In this document: positions 24,550 to 28,227 of the stretch, piece by piece
Position numbering within the stretch: the first letter of the stretch is position 1
How the letters are laid out: the number at the start of each line of letters is the position of its first letter
Origin: Pseudomonadota bacterium
GTDB lineage: Bacteria; UBA10199; 2-02-FULL-44-16; JBDRGF01
NCBI GenBank assembly: GCA_043818055.1
Contig: JBDRGF010000127.1
Location: 1 to 28,227, forward strand
Length of the DNA stretch: 28,227 bases
Direction: 5' to 3'
Program-made: the position numbers and the translations under genes
Notes under the pieces: model-generated
What the model was told of the DNA's origin: nothing
Database searches by the model: none
The model's input: only the letters and a program-made list of their open reading frames with translations

Positions 24550-26001
24550 TTACAAACCTAGCGTCCTTAACATTTCATCCGGATTATTCGCATCGTGCGG
24601 AAACGTTGCGGAGTTTATCAAAACTCCGACTCTATCCAGTATTTTGCTATCCATAAGATGTTTTTCATAAGCCACTTTGAGATTATTTACTATTTCCTTA
24701 ACAATTTTCTTTTCGCACCCCTGCAGAAAGACAATAAAACTGCCGGAGCCGGTAAACATTACCCTCTTTTTAATATCGATATTTCTCTGAAGCACTGTCT
24801 CAATATCGTTGAGAAGGAATAATAGTTCCCTAATGTCGATATTTTTTTTCAACTGGTCAAAATTTTCAAGCAGGACAGATAAAACCGAAGAGCACGACCC
24901 ACTCTTGATATCATTGCTCATTATGTCGTGAAGCTCACTTTTTAATATATCCTCATTATGCATTGGCAGTAAAAACTTAAAACAGGATCCTTTACCAATA
25001 TCGCTCTCAACCCATATTCTACCTTTATGCATCTCAACAATACCTTTTGTGATGGATAATCCCAGCCCTGTGCCTCTCTCTCCGCCACCCTCCGTCCTGT
25101 CGAACTGCTGGAATTTTTCAAAAACCTTGGACAGATCTTTGGGAGATATCCCCCCCCCTGTATCCTTTACACAAAATTCTATGCCATGGGATTTATAAAC
25201 CGCTGAAATTTCAATGTTCCCTTTTTCAGTGAACTTCAAAGCGTTTCCGATCAAATTGCTAAAAACCTGCACCACCTTATCCATATCGGCATAGATCATC
25301 ATCTGTTCGGATGGAGGTTGTAGTCTGAATTCCAATCCCTTATTTTGAACCGCCTGTCTAAAAAATTCATGAACCTGTGAAAGCAAGGCTGTGACTTCAA
25401 AAACCCTTTTTGTCAGCATCGATTTGCCGGATTCTATCTTGGATATATCGAGCAGGTTATTGATGATCCGTGATAATCTGTCGATATTGTCATGAGCTTT
25501 GTAGAGAATATTCTTCTGTTTGTCGCTGACTGGGCCGATGATCCCGTCCATGATAAGCCCAATACCCTCCTTTGTGATCGACAAAGGGGTTCTCAACTCA
25601 TGTGAGACGGTGGAGATGAATTCCCTTTTCATTCTATCCACCTCCCTCTCCCTCGTCACATCACGTAAAACAACAACAATACCGACAAGAGCACCGTGAG
25701 CGTCTTTCACAGGAGAGGCATCAAACCTGAACACCGCATGTTCGGAATCCAGGACAACAAATTCTTTGGAAATACAACCAGCGGCGCCATCATCAGAAAA
25801 TGAAATTTTCCATCCTCTTATATCTATTCTTTTATAAATTTTTTCGCCTGTTACAGTTTCGCTCTTTTTAAATCCAAGCATTTTTTTTGCCCGGGAATTA
25901 ATCACAACAACATCGTGATCATTGTCGATCATGATGACACCGTCGACTACGCTCTCAATCATTAAATCAATATTAGATGGAGCCTTCTTGAAAAAAGTCA
26001 T
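24550..26001 (-). CDS. Histidine kinase: PAS + HisKA + HATPase_c + degenerate GGDEF-like C-terminal domain
   Basis: DGVIMID...LRDVT (PAS), SHELRTPL, NLIGNALKFT, DTGGGI, GTGLGLSI; the C-terminus has a GGDEF-like pattern (LENF...GSGSFIVFL...ATFPHDA). Confidence 0.9.
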   Translation of the reverse strand: MTFFKKAPSNIDLMIESVVDGVIMIDNDHDVVVINSRAKKMLGFKKSETVTGEKIYKRIDIRGWKISFSDDGAAGCISKEFVVLDSEHAVFRFDASPVKDAHGALVGIVVVLRDVTREREVDRMKREFISTVSHELRTPLSITKEGIGLIMDGIIGPVSDKQKNILYKAHDNIDRLSRIINNLLDISKIESGKSMLTKRVFEVTALLSQVHEFFRQAVQNKGLEFRLQPPSEQMMIYADMDKVVQVFSNLIGNALKFTEKGNIEISAVYKSHGIEFCVKDTGGGISPKDLSKVFEKFQQFDRTEGGGERGTGLGLSITKGIVEMHKGRIWVESDIGKGSCFKFLLPMHNEDILKSELHDIMSNDIKSGSCSSVLSVLLENFDQLKKNIDIRELLFLLNDIETVLQRNIDIKKRVMFTGSGSFIVFLQGCEKKIVKEIVNNLKVAYEKHLMDSKILDRVGVLINSATFPHDANNPDEMLRTLGL

Positions 26002-26102
26002 TTATCCCCTCACAATATTTGGCGAGTTTTAACAATAACGTTTTTATATTATTTTGCGCTTGTTGGCAATTGATTAGAATGTCAGATTGGAGATTCAATA
26101 CA

Positions 26103-27491
26103 TTATAAAAGATATATATCCTCTAATGAGTAAAACCTGATCTCTGGGAATTTTTTATGCTCTTTGATAGTTTCCCTGCTGAATATTCTTCCCTGGATTG
26201 TTAAATTATCATCGTTAGGATATTTTCTTATTTTACTCCGTAGTTCATTGACCAGTTTATTTGTGGATTTTATCCCAGTCCATTTGCATTCGCATATATC
26301 GATTCCTTCTTTTTTGCGATGACCCACAACATCTATTTGAAGGCATTTATCCCAATACTCACCTATTTCGAAATCGCCATAGATGCCCTCAGTTAAATAT
26401 GCCCCAGCTAGCGCTTCGCGGCAAAGATTTTCGAAACAAGTTCCAAAATAGCTATCGATATAAGGTTTGACCAAATTTTGAAATGCGTCTTTTGCATTAA
26501 CCTGAGGGATATAGGCTGTGTTTGGGTATACAAAACGAAACCAGAATTTTAAGAGAGCATCATCTATGATGAACCTAACATTCTTAGAGGAATGTCTTTG
26601 TGTCAATAGAGGATAGCGTCTGCGCACATAGCCCAAGGCTATGAGCTGTTCGATATAGTAATACAATTTTTTTTCTTCAATTCCCGTCACTTTTGAAATA
26701 TCAAAGTAGGTAAGTGAACCGGCAGCCAGGCTCGTCAGTATCGCATAATACTTCTGTAACTCTCTTAACTCCTCTTTTAATAGAAAGTCTGCCTCTCTAT
26801 AAAGAGCTGAAAATTCACTAAAAAAATTCTCCTCAATATTTTTAAATATAGATTTATTTTCTGAAAAAAAGAGCAAGTAAAAGGGAACTCCACCACATAC
26901 AAAATAAGCCTTTGCTTTGTCTTTATAGGACCAGGATGGAAAAAAATCTGCAGCGTCTTTATAGTTGAACGGTTTTAATAAAATCTGTGCTGTCCTTCTG
27001 CCGAAAAGAGGGCTTTTTTCACCTAATATCTCTTTTTCCATAAATCCCATATATGAACCACAGATGATGAGCATGATATCTTTTCTTTTTTTCCATTCAG
27101 TATCTATAAACTCCTGCAAAATTGATATTAAATCTGGACTTGTCTCAGCCAACCATTGAAATTCGTCAAACACTACAACCATTTTTTTGTCAGTTTTTTT
27201 GTGCTTGACTATAAGTTCCAACGCCTCTTTCCAGTTATCGACCCTGCTATTTGCGATGAGTGGTTGAGAGTAGGTATTTGACAGAATATCCAGGAATTCT
27301 CTGATTTGTAGTTGTGGCGTTGATTTTTTTCCAAGCAGATAAATAGAAGGTTTTTTTTCTATAAAATGTAATATCAATTCACTTTTACCAATCCTCCTCC
27401 TGCCATAAACAGGTATGAATTCGCTTTTGGAAGAACCGTAAGCGTTTTCGAGCATAGTTAATTCATTTTTTCTACCAACAAATTTATTCAT
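26103..27491 (-). CDS. Archaeal-type AAA ATPase with wHTH and C-terminal DUF234/PD-(D/E)xK-like domain
   Basis: FVGRKNEL, Walker A YGRRRIGKS, Walker B VVFDEFQ, ICGS, SPLFGRRT, GGVPFYL, FWFRFV, FE, QIDVV...ECKW. Confidence 0.88.
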   Translation of the reverse strand: MNKFVGRKNELTMLENAYGSSKSEFIPVYGRRRIGKSELILHFIEKKPSIYLLGKKSTPQLQIREFLDILSNTYSQPLIANSRVDNWKEALELIVKHKKTDKKMVVVFDEFQWLAETSPDLISILQEFIDTEWKKRKDIMLIICGSYMGFMEKEILGEKSPLFGRRTAQILLKPFNYKDAADFFPSWSYKDKAKAYFVCGGVPFYLLFFSENKSIFKNIEENFFSEFSALYREADFLLKEELRELQKYYAILTSLAAGSLTYFDISKVTGIEEKKLYYYIEQLIALGYVRRRYPLLTQRHSSKNVRFIIDDALLKFWFRFVYPNTAYIPQVNAKDAFQNLVKPYIDSYFGTCFENLCREALAGAYLTEGIYGDFEIGEYWDKCLQIDVVGHRKKEGIDICECKWTGIKSTNKLVNELRSKIRKYPNDDNLTIQGRIFSRETIKEHKKFPEIRFYSLEDIYLL

Positions 27492-27517
27492 TCTCGGCCC
27501 TTTTTGATGTTTGTCCT

Positions 27518-27561
27518 ATCATGCCTTGACAAGTCTAAACTTGTCAAGTCTAAACTTGGCA
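27518..27561 (-). promoter_or_regulatory. Putative sigma70 promoter overlapped by a palindromic/tandem operator
   Basis: Minus-strand TTGACA (27547-27542), 18 nt, CATGAT (27523-27518); 15-bp tandem unit CTTGWCAAGTCTAAA x2.5 forming CTTGACAAG-N6-CTTGTCAAG. Confidence 0.6.
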
Positions 27562-27661
27562 TTAATCGATAGTTAAAGAGATGTGAAAATGCAATTGAAG
27601 CTCCATGTGACAAGCCGTTCAAGATACCTTTGATTTTTCTGTTAACCTAAACACCTACAGC

Positions 27662-28057
27662 CTAATCACCTTTATTATTTTTCTTCTTCTTCGCCAGAAC
27701 TTCCCGGATCACTTTATTGAGATGTTCGTGATCTATCGGCTTACTTATCAGACCATCTGCCATGCTTCTTATTTTGCCTGTGATCGTTGAGTCATCGTCA
27801 TGATAGATTGAAAAGAGAATTACGGGAGGTTCGACATTCATCGATTTCAGGGCGGCCAGCACATCCTCTCCATCCATTCCCGGCATTCTGAAATCTGTAA
27901 TCACAAGATCAAACGATCCCTCCTTAACCTTTTTCACACCTTCCTCCCCGGAGTTAGCAATCTCAACTGCATACTCACCCCCGGATTCCAGATTCAGCTT
28001 GATGAGTTCACATAAATCCTTCTCATCATCTATCAGGAGAATCTTTTTCTTTTCCAT
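27662..28057 (-). CDS. Single-domain response regulator
   Basis: ILLIDDE, VITDFRMPGMDG, LFS, SKP; start ATG 28057. Confidence 0.92.
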   Translation of the reverse strand: MEKKKILLIDDEKDLCELIKLNLESGGEYAVEIANSGEEGVKKVKEGSFDLVITDFRMPGMDGEDVLAALKSMNVEPPVILFSIYHDDDSTITGKIRSMADGLISKPIDHEHLNKVIREVLAKKKKNNKGD

Positions 28058-28058
28058 A

Positions 28059-28226
28059 TTACCCCCTGTTTTTAGGCAACACAATGATGACTTTCGTTCC
28101 TTTTCCTGCTTTGCTTTTGAGCGTTATAAATCCGCCGTGGCTTTCTATGATCGTTTTCGTAACACTAAGGCCGAGCCCTACACCCTTTCCCGGCGGCTTT
28201 GTTGAAAAGAAGGGGTCAAAAACCCT
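28059..28226 (-). CDS. Histidine kinase, C-terminal end (truncated by the window edge)
   Basis: Hand translation: RVFDPFFSTKPPGKGVGLGLSVTKTIIESHGGFITLKSKAGKGTKVIIVLPKNRG* (F box and G2 box). Confidence 0.92.
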   Translation of the reverse strand, partial: RVFDPFFSTKPPGKGVGLGLSVTKTIIESHGGFITLKSKAGKGTKVIIVLPKNRG

Positions 28227-28227
28227 T

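Noticed and set aside
27645..27664. acctaaac acctacag ccta after the response regulator stop
   Set aside because: Resembles the octamer family and fits the stop-anchored pattern, but it is too short and degenerate to call.

Overview
Bacterial chromosomal window, probably from an anaerobic or microaerobic deltaproteobacterium-like lineage (inference). Left to right: a 2[4Fe-4S] ferredoxin missed by the ORF track, dusB, maf, a sensorless histidine kinase, a minus-strand acn-icd-aclB-aclA operon (aconitase, isocitrate dehydrogenase, two-subunit ATP-citrate lyase), a ~14 kb MSHA-like type IVa pilus cluster, two-component genes and an AAA ATPase/PD-(D/E)xK gene. The most unusual signal is in the repeats. 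At 12 gene ends a short-period (7- or 8-nt unit) array starts 0-10 nt after the stop codon, usually paired with an inverted partner arm, and the unit differs between sites. In three minor pilin genes these arrays appear to supply the RBS, the GTG start and the cleavable leader peptide, with all length differences in multiples of 3. One leader carries two 24-bp covarying hairpin inserts, and another array is interrupted by a 157-bp MITE with a clean target-site duplication.
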